This document shows, one piece after another, positions 45,396 to 55,339 of a DNA stretch of 62,296 nt (position 1 is its first letter; each line of letters opens with the position of its first letter). A program made the position numbers and the translations under genes. Under the pieces are notes generated by a model. That model did not search any database. It saw only the letters and a list, made by a program, of their open reading frames with translations, and was not told where the DNA came from. Origin of the DNA: a virus (lineage: Duplodnaviria > Caudoviricetes); the IMG/VR virus record IMGVR_UViG_3300048894_000062, positions 1-62,296 of that record; one strand, 5' to 3'.

Positions 45396-46133
45396 ATGGC
45401 AAGGGAGGAAATTATCCGCAGTGCCCGTCTTATTTTAGGCGATTGCCGTGAAGTCCTTCCGACCATAGGTGCTGTTTCAGCGGTGATCACGGACCCGCCT
45501 TATGGAACCACTTCGAACCGGTGGGACGTGGTTGTCCCCTTCGATGTGATCTGGGCGATAGAATCGCCGGTATATGTGCTCACAGCTTCTCAGCCTTTCA
45601 CTTCGAAGGCGGTTCTCTCCAATGAGGAATGGTTTCGGCATGAGTGGATTTGGATTAAAAATCGTGGTTCAAACTTCGCCAATACGGTTCGTGAGCCTAT
45701 GAAGGAGCATGAATCGGTTCTGGTCTTTTCCCCCGGTAAATGGACATATAATAAACAGATGCAGGACCGCACCGGTGGCGGTGCAGCGCGCGTGGACTAT
45801 GGTGTAGCATTCCGCTCTGCGTCGGAGAATTACCGACAATTTGAAGGCCGTGACCATGCGATGCTCCCTAAGGAGCGCGTGCCTTCGTCATGGCAGAAGT
45901 TCAATTGCGAGGTGGGACTACATCCCACTCAGAAGCCGCTTCCATTAATGGAATATATGGTCGCGACATACACGAATCCGGGCGACTTAGTGATTGATCC
46001 ATTCATGGGAAGCGGAACCACTGGATTAGCCTGCGCCAAGCTGGGGCGAAGATTTATCGGGATCGAAACAGACGAAAAGTATTTCGATGCTGCTCGCGCC
46101 CGGATAAGTGCTTTTGAACCAGCATTATTCTAA
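45396..46133 (+). CDS. DNA methyltransferase 2 (N6-A/N4-C, beta class)
   Basis: LILGDC..TDPPY..HPTQKP..DPFMGSGTTG. Confidence 0.9.
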   Translation: MAREEIIRSARLILGDCREVLPTIGAVSAVITDPPYGTTSNRWDVVVPFDVIWAIESPVYVLTASQPFTSKAVLSNEEWFRHEWIWIKNRGSNFANTVREPMKEHESVLVFSPGKWTYNKQMQDRTGGGAARVDYGVAFRSASENYRQFEGRDHAMLPKERVPSSWQKFNCEVGLHPTQKPLPLMEYMVATYTNPGDLVIDPFMGSGTTGLACAKLGRRFIGIETDEKYFDAARARISAFEPALF

Positions 46134-46667
46134 TGGCCTCGCTCTATAAGCGAGCTACACCTTCCCAAGCCCGTATCATCCGCGCTATTGAAGGAGCCAT
46201 AAAGAACGCGGGAGACGCCCACCCCGAAACAGATCAGTCCGCGCATGGCACGCTCGATTGCCAAACGCGCGGCAGGGACGATCCACTCCCAAATGAGTGA
46301 AATCGTTGGCAGCCGTAAGTCCAAAAGACTGAAGCTGTCAGTCAATGCGGTGGGGTCAGTACTTAACTCCAAAGCCAATGCGCCTTCAAATTGCACGGTG
46401 TCGGCGCAGCAGTCACAGCTTCGAATGACTGCCAGTCTCATGCAGTCTCAGGTTGCTAAGGCTGCATCAGGACATGGGTCTCAACTAGTGAAGGCCCAAC
46501 CTACGGGCGGGGTGGTTCTCAATAAGCTAAGAATCGCCCCGCTTGTCCTGCTCGAAAAAGACCTCACGCGCCCGATTAGGAAGATGAAGGACGCCGGTCA
46601 GTTCGAGAAGGTGGAGGCCTATATCGAAGTGCTGAAAATGATCAGCAAGCTAAAGGCCCGGCTATGA
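46133..46667 (+). CDS. Hypothetical gene apparently split by a frameshift near 46225
   Basis: Coupled ORF 46133-46300 overlaps the SD-less ORF 46245-46667. Confidence 0.4.
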
Positions 46668-47120
46668 TTCTAGAGAACGTCTCTCTCGATATCGTAATGC
46701 CGTACATTCTCTGCAAAATGATTGCAGCCCATCCCAAGCAGATGACCGACGATTAAATTCTTTTGGTGCGAGCCTGCGTTTGCACCGAGAGCATGGCTTT
46801 AATCCATCTATCCGCGTTCGGCGCTTCATGGTTTGGGTTTTGAGATTTTCCGCAGCCGTGACGATCTCAATATTTCCAATTTCATAATGACCAACATCAC
46901 CAATTCGCGCCGCATTCGGAGATTGATGTGGGTTCTTTTCCAAGAACTCGATGTATCTAGGAAGCGCCCAGTCCAGCCACTCCTGCTTGGTCATCCTTAG
47001 TTCAACGTAGCGGTAAGATGGATTTTCGCCAGCGGCGTCTAATGCCCGCCTCTTCATATTCGCGTAAGCTGCTGTTGCGCGATAAAGTGGAGACCTGTGA
47101 ATCGGCGGGCTCTTGAACAT
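46662..47120 (-). CDS. HNH-like endonuclease with C-terminal zinc finger
   Basis: NMKRR..RI...GHY..GNI..VT..EN; CSRC...CREC. Confidence 0.6.
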   Translation of the reverse strand: MFKSPPIHRSPLYRATAAYANMKRRALDAAGENPSYRYVELRMTKQEWLDWALPRYIEFLEKNPHQSPNAARIGDVGHYEIGNIEIVTAAENLKTQTMKRRTRIDGLKPCSRCKRRLAPKEFNRRSSAWDGLQSFCRECTALRYRERRSLES

Positions 47121-47206
47121 AAGAGAACATTAAACATGCGGCGCTTTATTTGCTAGTTGGAAACTGCTGCGGTAGGCAATGCGCGCCATCAGTTCGCGGG
47201 GCGTCA

Positions 47207-47674
47207 GTGGGCTACTACGTCATCCAAGCCAAATCCAACCAGATCAACCGCGCGTCAGTCGAACTCGCCCGCCAAGGCTACGGCATCTATGTGCCGGTTC
47301 TCGAAGGAAAACCGTATTTCCCAAGCTATCTCTTCATGGAAGAGGCCGAGAACTGGTGGCCGGTACGCTCCACTTACGGAGTGCTCCGCATCCTTCTAAG
47401 CCCTTCAGGCAGTCCGTATCAGTTGTCCGGACAAATCGTCCAAGCCATCAAGACCAAGATGGCAGAGCTTAGTGCTCCACCGCCGCCTCCAAAGCCCGTC
47501 CATCAGTTCAAGACCGGAGAGCGCGTGATTGTAACTGGCGAGCACATACTGAAAGGCCATGAGGGACTCTTCCAAAGAGATGCACACGGAAGAACCATGG
47601 CACTTCTTGACCTTTTGTCAGGAAAGAAAGTACAAGTCCCCGTTGCTAATATCGCACCCTTGAGCGCCGCATAG
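47207..47674 (+). CDS. NusG/RfaH-family antiterminator
   Basis: YYVIQ..P.FPSYLF..VRSTYGV.RI NGN domain; FKTGERVIV.G..L.G.EG KOW motif; heads the late operon. Confidence 0.85.
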   Translation: MGYYVIQAKSNQINRASVELARQGYGIYVPVLEGKPYFPSYLFMEEAENWWPVRSTYGVLRILLSPSGSPYQLSGQIVQAIKTKMAELSAPPPPPKPVHQFKTGERVIVTGEHILKGHEGLFQRDAHGRTMALLDLLSGKKVQVPVANIAPLSAA

Positions 47675-47717
47675 CTTGCGAGCCGCCCTGCGGTAGCACC
47701 TCCAAAGCCAGAAAATC

Positions 47718-47939
47718 ATGCCGTGGGATGCAGCTTCCTTCAAGAAGCACAACCATAAGCTATCGACTGCGCAGTCCGGAAAGGCCGCGCGGCAGGCGAA
47801 CGCCATTCTGAAGAAGACCGGCGATGAAGGTCTCGCCATCGCGGTGGCGAACAAGGACGCGCACTATCGCGGCAAGGGCAAATCCAACAGCACTGCGAAG
47901 AACCGCACGGGCAAGACCCGTTCGTGGACGGGAGCCTGA
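47718..47939 (+). CDS. Small basic protein
   Basis: MPW..F.K.N..AA..ANAIL..G.EG.AIA.A. Confidence 0.6.
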   Translation: MPWDAASFKKHNHKLSTAQSGKAARQANAILKKTGDEGLAIAVANKDAHYRGKGKSNSTAKNRTGKTRSWTGA

Positions 47940-47941
47940 TC

Positions 47942-48160
47942 ATGGGAAAACTAACCGCGAAAGCCCGCAAAGGCATCAGTTCTAAGAACTTTGCTCTTCC
48001 CGGCAGGCGTTATCCCATCGAGGACCGCTCTCACGCTGCCAATGCTCTGGCCCGTGTCAGTCAGTTCGGCTCATCGAGCGAAAAGGCCACTGTTCGCCGC
48101 AAAGTTCACGCGAAATACCCATCAATGGGCAAGAAAACTCGTTCTTGGACAGGATCGTAA
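47942..48160 (+). CDS. Small basic protein
   Basis: LT.K.R......FALP.RRYPI.D..HA.NALAR. Confidence 0.65.
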   Translation: MGKLTAKARKGISSKNFALPGRRYPIEDRSHAANALARVSQFGSSSEKATVRRKVHAKYPSMGKKTRSWTGS

Positions 48161-48163
48161 GCA

Positions 48164-48550
48164 ATGGTTTGGCCACTCGCCGGTCACGGCAACCCCGTCA
48201 CCATCATCGACACGGCGGACTCGCCGCTCGGAACAGCAACTAATCCGTTCAAAACGACCGCTACTGCCCCTACTTCCACTACTTTCACCCCAACACAGGT
48301 GACGGTTCCAGCGACGGCGAACGGTATTTTGGTTCTCGCAGCCAATGCCAGCCGCCTCGGAGCCACGATCACCAATCCCGGGACAGTGACGGTCTATCTC
48401 GGCTCAGCAGCGACCGGACTGACAACTGGCAACGGCTTCGCGCTTCTTGGCGGGTCATCCTACAACATTGATACCCCGCTCTATACGGGTGCCATCTACG
48501 GAATCATCGCCACTAGCACCCAAGTTGTCACGGTGGTTGAACTGACATGA
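48164..48550 (+). CDS. Thr-rich beta-sandwich virion protein
   Basis: N.SR....ITN.G...VYLG pattern. Confidence 0.6.
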   Translation: MVWPLAGHGNPVTIIDTADSPLGTATNPFKTTATAPTSTTFTPTQVTVPATANGILVLAANASRLGATITNPGTVTVYLGSAATGLTTGNGFALLGGSSYNIDTPLYTGAIYGIIATSTQVVTVVELT

Positions 48551-49104
48551 CCGGCAGCAGAATTTCTGGCCCAGCCCAGAACCCTCAGACCAGCGTCAAT
48601 ATCGGTACGCCGGGTACAGGCGTTACTGCTGTCGAATATGGCACTGGCTATGAGCACACCACTGTTCTGACCGTTAACACGGTGCTTCCGAACATCGCTG
48701 GCGGCGCATCGCTCGGCGTTGGCGTGCTGATGTACACACTACCTTCTGGCGTGCAGGTCATCAATTCGTCCTACTTCACGATGGGCATTACCCAGACGAC
48801 GGGCCACATCAACGCCAACACGCCCACAGTAGGGCTTGGAACGGTCATTGCCTCGGGTGCCATCTCCGTCCTTTCCGGCACAGCGACGTTTCAGGACATT
48901 TCGGTCGGCGTGGCTGCTGCGAACTGCACGGGCACAGCCACAGTACAGACGGCGCTCGCCACAGCCTCACCCTTTGTCGTTATCCGCGCCGCTGCCGCTG
49001 CCAAGACGATCTATTTCAATGCTGCGGCAGCTTGGGCTGCGTCAGGCGACCCAGCCGCCATCCTTGCTGGAACCATCGTCCTGCAATGGACGACCATGGC
49101 ATGA
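48547..49104 (+). CDS. Thr/Ala/Gly-rich virion protein
   Basis: Composition and position. Confidence 0.6.
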   Translation: MTGSRISGPAQNPQTSVNIGTPGTGVTAVEYGTGYEHTTVLTVNTVLPNIAGGASLGVGVLMYTLPSGVQVINSSYFTMGITQTTGHINANTPTVGLGTVIASGAISVLSGTATFQDISVGVAAANCTGTATVQTALATASPFVVIRAAAAAKTIYFNAAAAWAASGDPAAILAGTIVLQWTTMA

Positions 49105-49113
49105 GGAATCGTA

Positions 49114-49482
49114 ATGGCTAAGACACGCGCCGCTCAAAGAGGCGAACTAACGCCCAGCAAGTCCCGTAAATCCATGATCACGCAAATGCTGATCGCGGAG
49201 CTTAATTCCCCATGCGAAACCAAGATGGACGGAAAGGCCGTCACCAATCTTCGGATGATGGTCTACCGGCTGGTTGACATGGCGACGAACGAGGACGCCG
49301 ACCTCATGGCCATCAAAGAAGTCTATGACCGCGTTGAGGGCAAGGCAAAACAAGAAGTCGATGTAAAGCACGATGGCGACGTTACCGTTCGATCCGCAGC
49401 AGTATCAGTCCTTGATGAGATTATTGAGGAGTCAACCCGAAGAGTCCCGCGCGGGACTCCTAAGGACACTCTGCCAAACTGA
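49114..49482 (+). CDS. terS: Terminase small subunit
   Basis: AIKEVYDRVEGKAKQ motif; immediately upstream of and overlapping TerL. Confidence 0.7.
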   Translation: MAKTRAAQRGELTPSKSRKSMITQMLIAELNSPCETKMDGKAVTNLRMMVYRLVDMATNEDADLMAIKEVYDRVEGKAKQEVDVKHDGDVTVRSAAVSVLDEIIEESTRRVPRGTPKDTLPN

Positions 49483-50902
49483 TCTGTACTTCCTGCTAAG
49501 CTATATCTGCGGCAGAGCCGACCTTGAGCACCCATGGCTCTATGCACGCTGCAAAGAAGTCCAAGAAAGTCCGGACGGGCACTTGGACCTCTGGGCTCGC
49601 GAGCACGGCAAAAGCTCAATCATCACCTTCGGTAAGACCATTCAGGACATTCTGATTGATCCTGAGATTACCGTAGGGTTCTTCAGCCATACGCGCCCTA
49701 TCGCAAAGGCGTTCCTCGGCCAGATTAAGCGTGAGTTCGAGAGTAACGAGCGGCTGAAGGGTCTTTTCCCAGACGTTCTCTACGCAAATCCACAGAAAGA
49801 AAGCCCGAAGTGGAATCTTGATGATGGCATCATCGTCAAGCGTAAGGGAAACCCGAAGGAATCCACTATCGAAGCGTGGGGCTTGGTCGATGGCCAGCCC
49901 ACTTCTAAGCACTACAAACTGATGGTCTATGACGACGTTGTTACGCGCGAGAGCGTGACAACGCCGGACATGATCGCAAAGGTGACGGAGGCTTGGGAGC
50001 TTTCCCTATCCCTGAGTAGCGAAGGCGGCAAGGTTCGTTACGCTGGTACGCGCTACCACTTCAACGACACCTATTCCGAGATTATGCGCCGCGGAGCAGC
50101 CAAGCCTCGCATTTATCCGGCAACGGACGATGGCACACCGGGCGGCAATCCAGTCCTTCTAAGCCCAGCCTATCTGGATGAGAAGCGCATGCAGGGACCG
50201 TTCGTCTTTGCCAGCCAGCAGTTGCTCAATCCGGTTGCCGATGAGGCTCAGGGCTTCAAGACGATCTGGCTGGAAGGCCAGACCTTCGTCGTTCGTGGCA
50301 ATGGCAGCGAGTTCAACAAGTACATCGTTGTTGATCCGGCCAACTCCAAGAAGAGGTCATCCGACTACACCGCTATCTTCGTGATTGGGCTCGGGGCGGA
50401 CGAAAACTACTACATCCTCGATATGGTCCGCGACCGCATGAATCTGACGGAGCGGGCCAATCTGCTGTTCAAGCTCCACAAGAAGTGGAAGCCGCAGGTT
50501 GTAGGGTACGAACGCTACGGCATGCAGTCCGATATCCAGCATCTTCAGGACCGGATGCAGCGGGAGAACTACCGCTTCCACATCGCAGAGTTGGGCGGCT
50601 CTCTTTCCAAGGTTGACCGTATTCGCAAACTAATCCCACTCTTCCAGAACCGGCGCATCTTTCTCCCAGAAGTCATGTTGAAGACCAACTACGAGGGAAA
50701 GACGGTCGATTTGGTGAATGCCTTCATCGAAGAGGAATACAAGGCATTCCCGGTTGGCCTCCATGACGACATGCTGGATGCGCTCAGCCGCATCGAAGAC
50801 GAAGCCCTTCATACCGTATGGCCCAAGCTGGTCGAAGAGGTTGATAGGTACTCGCGCGGACGCTCCAAGCCAAAGTCGCGCAACAACTGGATGGCGGCGT
50901 GA
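49373..50902 (+). CDS. terL: Terminase large subunit
   Basis: AREHGKS Walker A, YDDV Walker B, GTRYH, VDPA..DYTA, HDDMLDAL. Confidence 0.92.
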   Translation: MATLPFDPQQYQSLMRLLRSQPEESRAGLLRTLCQTDLYFLLSYICGRADLEHPWLYARCKEVQESPDGHLDLWAREHGKSSIITFGKTIQDILIDPEITVGFFSHTRPIAKAFLGQIKREFESNERLKGLFPDVLYANPQKESPKWNLDDGIIVKRKGNPKESTIEAWGLVDGQPTSKHYKLMVYDDVVTRESVTTPDMIAKVTEAWELSLSLSSEGGKVRYAGTRYHFNDTYSEIMRRGAAKPRIYPATDDGTPGGNPVLLSPAYLDEKRMQGPFVFASQQLLNPVADEAQGFKTIWLEGQTFVVRGNGSEFNKYIVVDPANSKKRSSDYTAIFVIGLGADENYYILDMVRDRMNLTERANLLFKLHKKWKPQVVGYERYGMQSDIQHLQDRMQRENYRFHIAELGGSLSKVDRIRKLIPLFQNRRIFLPEVMLKTNYEGKTVDLVNAFIEEEYKAFPVGLHDDMLDALSRIEDEALHTVWPKLVEEVDRYSRGRSKPKSRNNWMAA

Positions 50903-51132
50903 AGGACGTTGTTCTTACCAAGGGCAACATGGAGACGCTGGCGGGTTGGCAACTGACGGGATTCGATACTTACAAAGTCGAAGCCTTCCCAGACCGTCTT
51001 GAGATCATGGCCGAGGCGAATGGCAAGTCAGCCTATGTCGTATGGCCGATCAATGAACTGACACCTGAAGAAGTCGAATCTGCGGCCAGAAGTGCCGCGA
51101 AGAAGCTTAAGGAAATGACCCATGGCCGCTGA
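50899..51132 (+). CDS. Hypothetical protein
   Basis: GTGA overlap. Confidence 0.5.
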   Translation: MKDVVLTKGNMETLAGWQLTGFDTYKVEAFPDRLEIMAEANGKSAYVVWPINELTPEEVESAARSAAKKLKEMTHGR

Positions 51133-51667
51133 AACATCAACACTACTCAGCACCCAGAACTCCGACAATGTGAGGGTAACTGGAGGCACGATTACTGGCG
51201 TTACTCTCACGAACGCAACCATTACGAGCCCAATTTCCAACCAAACTGTCAGAACAACGTCTGCGCTCACACAGAATGGTAGTGCGACTTATGCCAATGT
51301 GACTGGCCTGACTTACACAGTCGTTCCCGGCACCTATAAGTTCACACTGATGCTGCCATCTACAGTCGCATCCGGCACTGGCGGTATCAAATACTGCTTC
51401 AACTACACGACAACGGTTCTGTCCGCGCTGGAATCCACTTCGCAGGGCTATACGGCTTCTGCCGTAGCTGTGCAGCACACAACGACAACCACGACCCAGA
51501 CTGATCTGTTCACACAGGCTGCGGTCGTCATCTTCGTGCAGATCGAAGGTACGTTTGTCGTGACCACTGGCGGGACCATTGACGTTCAGATGGCGCAGAA
51601 CACCTCCAACGGTTCCGATACAATCGCTCTGCTTGGCGGATCGGCTCAGTTCACGCGGATTGCCTAA
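51122..51667 (+). CDS. Very Thr-rich virion protein
   Basis: VTGGTITG motif, poly-Thr run. Confidence 0.6.
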   Translation: MAAETSTLLSTQNSDNVRVTGGTITGVTLTNATITSPISNQTVRTTSALTQNGSATYANVTGLTYTVVPGTYKFTLMLPSTVASGTGGIKYCFNYTTTVLSALESTSQGYTASAVAVQHTTTTTTQTDLFTQAAVVIFVQIEGTFVVTTGGTIDVQMAQNTSNGSDTIALLGGSAQFTRIA

Positions 51668-52032
51668 TGCTAGAAGCCAATACTGACGACAACATCCTGA
51701 AGCGGGCACTGATGCGCCGCCTCGACAATGAGCGCGGTGTCAACGTCCTAGAAATCATGATCAAAGCCCATAAGCGGCATATCGCTGTCGGCGTCTTGTG
51801 GCAGGTTGACGATAAGGTACTCGGCAAGAGCGTCTTTGATCTTCCGTTGAAGTACCACCTGAACCATGTGGTCAACGAGGCTGATGAGATTGCCGAAGCC
51901 TGCAAGGAAGCACGCAAAAAGCTTCAGTTCACTGGCGCATACCTTCCAGAGCTTGGGGCCGTATCCGAGATATTCGAAGCCAAAGGCACTGGCCGCCGTG
52001 GCCGGTGGCGCTTTCTTGATGGGACTATCTGA
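51667..52032 (+). CDS. Hypothetical protein
   Basis: TAATG/TGATG coupling. Confidence 0.55.
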   Translation: MLEANTDDNILKRALMRRLDNERGVNVLEIMIKAHKRHIAVGVLWQVDDKVLGKSVFDLPLKYHLNHVVNEADEIAEACKEARKKLQFTGAYLPELGAVSEIFEAKGTGRRGRWRFLDGTI

Positions 52033-52418
52033 TGGAAGCTGATCCAGACGCGATGAATGTCCCGGCAGAGCCGAAGGAGCCGATGCGCGTCACGGCCATT
52101 CGCGACGCCATCGCTGCGGTCCTCCCAGAAGACGAAAACATCGTCAGTGATGTGAAGATTCATGATGGGTTGGCTGATATCTCCATCCGGTGGCGCTCGC
52201 TTAGGTTCTCAACCTGCCTAGCCATCCAAGCCGCCAGTGCGGACGATCTTGCGCTTAGGGCCGAAGAAGACTTCAAGAATTGGCTGCGCAACACGATCAA
52301 GAACATGCAGAGCGTTCCCAAGCATGGCCGCGTGATCATGGAGATGAAGCGGTGGCTTGGAGAGAACCCGGACAAGCAGGCGTGGCTGTTCGGCACCAAA
52401 GATGAAGAAGCCGCATGA
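52032..52418 (+). CDS. Hypothetical protein
   Basis: Coupled at both ends. Confidence 0.55.
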   Translation: MEADPDAMNVPAEPKEPMRVTAIRDAIAAVLPEDENIVSDVKIHDGLADISIRWRSLRFSTCLAIQAASADDLALRAEEDFKNWLRNTIKNMQSVPKHGRVIMEMKRWLGENPDKQAWLFGTKDEEAA

Positions 52419-52596
52419 ATCAGCGAGCGATCAGTTTTTCTCCTAGCGATGACTTGACTGAAGATGAGTTGCAATTAGCGGTTCAGATATTTTGTGGCGA
52501 GTGGGCCAGAATATATGGCACCCCTCCACACTATCCCGGAATCCCACTTGGGCGTGCGATTGAAGCAATTATCGGAATACGAAAGAGTGGTCCGAT

Positions 52597-52875
52597 TTGA
52601 TTGACGATGCCAAAATCCGCCTTCAGATGCTCAAGAATCTTCCTCAGCTAGACCCGTGGAAGCTGGAAATGGAAGAAGTTGAGTTCGGTGAGAAGATCGG
52701 ATGCACGGTTCTGATCGACAACAAGCGCCACCGCTTCTCCACCCGCTCATGGGGCCGTCAGGGACGTAATTTCCCGAAGAAGGACGGCACCATCGCGTGG
52801 GAGCTTTCCGAGCAAATCAAGCCGCTTCTCAAGCAGGCAGATGTGAATGTCAGTGACAGCGCGCAGAGCGCGTAA
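52597..52875 (+). CDS. Hypothetical protein
   Basis: TTGA overlap. Confidence 0.45.
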   Translation: MIDDAKIRLQMLKNLPQLDPWKLEMEEVEFGEKIGCTVLIDNKRHRFSTRSWGRQGRNFPKKDGTIAWELSEQIKPLLKQADVNVSDSAQSA

Positions 52876-55081
52876 CAAGAACCTCTCTCAGCCAGATGCA
52901 GACTCGGAGGCCGTAGCCGACGATCTGGACCGCATGACGCAGTTCCAGACGTGGTTCCGGCGTTCGCGTGACCATTACCATAAGTGGTACACGGAGAGCC
53001 GTGAGTGCTACGACTTCGTTGCTGGGCGTCAGTGGGACGAAGAAGACATTGCCCAGATGAAGCTTCAGAACCGTCCGGTTGTGACCTTCAATCGAACGGC
53101 GTCAGTTGTCGATAGCATCGCTGGCCTTGAAGTTTCGAACCGCCAAGAAGTGCGGTTTATCCCGCGTCAGTTGGGCAGTTCTGGGGTTAACGAACTGCTA
53201 ACCGAAGCTGGCCGCTGGTGCCGCGACGAATGCAACGCAGAAGACGAAGAGTCCGATGCGTTCATGGACCTCATTATCACTGGTGTAGGGGTCACGGAAT
53301 CGCGCATCAGTTATGACGAAGACCCAGACGGTAAGTTCGTACTAGAGCGCATTGATCCGCTCGAAATGAAGTCAGACGCGACTTCCAGAGCGCGTAATTT
53401 CACCGATGCTCGCCATCATTTCCGGGTTCGGCAGGTCGATTCCAAAGCCGCCTTGGAAATGTTCCAAGAGTATTCTCTGGAAGAGATTGATGCGGTCTGG
53501 GCCAGAGACATAGAAGGCGATGTTTCGTCTCCACATGACGCTACACTTGCGCCCTACTATCGCAAGGATCAGTCTCCTGATATCGACAAGCGTGATGGTA
53601 TGGTCACGCTGGTTGAAGTCCAGTGGTGGGAGCTTCAGGACCAGTATCGCGTAGCCGATCCCATCTCTGGCAAGATCGTCACCATCTCAAAGGAAGACTA
53701 CGGCAAGCTAAGTGAGCGGGCGAAGGTGCTTGGACTCAAGCTCATCGCAGCGCCGATGAAGACCAAGCGGTTCTACCGCGCCATGCTTGGCTCCAAGATT
53801 CTCAAGATGTGGGACGGCCCGGCACAAGGCGGGTTTACTTGGAAGTTCATGACCGGCAAGCGGGACCGCAATAAGGGCCTTTGGTACGGTCTGGTCCGCG
53901 CCATGCTTGATCCGCAGAAGTGGGCCAACAAGTGGCTCGCTCAGGTCATGCACATCATCAATTCGAACGCGAAGGGCGGTATCTTTGCCGAGCCTGACGC
54001 CTTCGAAAATCCGCAGCAGGCGATTGAGGAATACTCTTCCACTGACGCTATTACGCTGGTTACGCAGGGCGCTCTGTCCGGAGACAGACCGAAGATCAAA
54101 GACAAGGGAATGGCTCAGTTCCCTGCTGGTATCGAAGCCCTGATGCAGTTTGCCATCGCTTCTATCCGCGACGTGTCAGGCGTGAACGTCGAACTTCTTG
54201 GCACCGCCAACCGCGAGCAGCCGGGCGTTCTTGAGCACCAGCGCAAGCAGGCTGGCATGACGATTTTGGCCAGCATGTTCGACTCCTTGCGCCAGTATCG
54301 CAAAGAGCACGGCAAGTTGATGCTCTACTACATCACGCAGTTCTTGGCCGATGGCCGCCTGATCCGTATTGGCGGCGAAGACAATGCCAAGTACGTGCCG
54401 TTGGTCCATGACAGTGGACTAATAGAATACGACGTGATCGTTGACGACCAGCCGACCTCTCCGAACAGCAAGGAGCAGGCATGGTTCACGCTCACTCAGA
54501 TGATGCCGTTCCTTGCCAAGCTGGCACTTCCGAAGGACGTTATCTTCGAAATCCTCAAATACTCGCCGCTTCCAAGCTCGTTCATCACTGACGTTAAGAA
54601 CGTGCTTAACCAGTCGCAGCAGAACCAGCCGCCTGATCCGGCGATGCTGGAAGCGCAGGCGCGCGTAAAGGAAGCCGAGGCTCGCGTCACGGTGGCTCAG
54701 ATTGATGCGCAGTCGGCCCAGATGAAGGCGCACGGCGAGTACCAGACAGAGCGTGCCAAGGCGCTTGGTCATGTGGCTGCCGCGAAGGCGGAAAGTGATC
54801 GTGCTGCTGCTGACGTACAGTCCACACAGGCCGAAGCCTTCAAGACAACGGCACAGGGTATCGACTTCCTGTCAGACGCTCAGATGAAGCAGCATGGCGC
54901 GTCCTTTGATGCCATCCAGATGCTCATGGAAGCTCTCGATGCCGAGCACAATCGCCAGCAAGGCGTTGCACAGCAGAATTTCGAGAACTCGCTCACTCAG
55001 CAGCAGCATGAGGCTGATCTGGCGCAGACCAATGCGCAGACCGATGCCATTCAAAATCCACCAGCGCCAACAGGAGGTTGA
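52847..55081 (+). CDS. Portal protein (P22-like, long C-terminal barrel)
   Basis: F..G.QW..RP..TFN; YGLVR...DPQ...NK; YDV.VD..P; Q/A-rich tail. Confidence 0.9.
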   Translation: MSVTARRARNKNLSQPDADSEAVADDLDRMTQFQTWFRRSRDHYHKWYTESRECYDFVAGRQWDEEDIAQMKLQNRPVVTFNRTASVVDSIAGLEVSNRQEVRFIPRQLGSSGVNELLTEAGRWCRDECNAEDEESDAFMDLIITGVGVTESRISYDEDPDGKFVLERIDPLEMKSDATSRARNFTDARHHFRVRQVDSKAALEMFQEYSLEEIDAVWARDIEGDVSSPHDATLAPYYRKDQSPDIDKRDGMVTLVEVQWWELQDQYRVADPISGKIVTISKEDYGKLSERAKVLGLKLIAAPMKTKRFYRAMLGSKILKMWDGPAQGGFTWKFMTGKRDRNKGLWYGLVRAMLDPQKWANKWLAQVMHIINSNAKGGIFAEPDAFENPQQAIEEYSSTDAITLVTQGALSGDRPKIKDKGMAQFPAGIEALMQFAIASIRDVSGVNVELLGTANREQPGVLEHQRKQAGMTILASMFDSLRQYRKEHGKLMLYYITQFLADGRLIRIGGEDNAKYVPLVHDSGLIEYDVIVDDQPTSPNSKEQAWFTLTQMMPFLAKLALPKDVIFEILKYSPLPSSFITDVKNVLNQSQQNQPPDPAMLEAQARVKEAEARVTVAQIDAQSAQMKAHGEYQTERAKALGHVAAAKAESDRAAADVQSTQAEAFKTTAQGIDFLSDAQMKQHGASFDAIQMLMEALDAEHNRQQGVAQQNFENSLTQQQHEADLAQTNAQTDAIQNPPAPTGG

Positions 55082-55083
55082 GT

Positions 55084-55290
55084 ATGACAACTACCATCAA
55101 AGTTACTTCGCACAATTATCCGGCCCGCGTCGAAACGTTCGACGGTGGCGTTCGACAATATGCGGAGATCATCACGCCTGAGGACGGTGAAAAAATCTAT
55201 CACTGCACCACCTCTCGCGAACTTCGCATCACAGACCTCGAATACGATGATCCGGCAGTGGTCGAACATAAGGCTAAGACTGCCAAGTAA
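55084..55290 (+). CDS. Hypothetical protein
   Basis: GGAGG RBS. Confidence 0.55.
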   Translation: MTTTIKVTSHNYPARVETFDGGVRQYAEIITPEDGEKIYHCTTSRELRITDLEYDDPAVVEHKAKTAK

Positions 55291-55339
55291 AGCGGTTGCC
55301 TGACCGTCTCAGGCATTTTCTACGGAGATAAGCCCCGTT

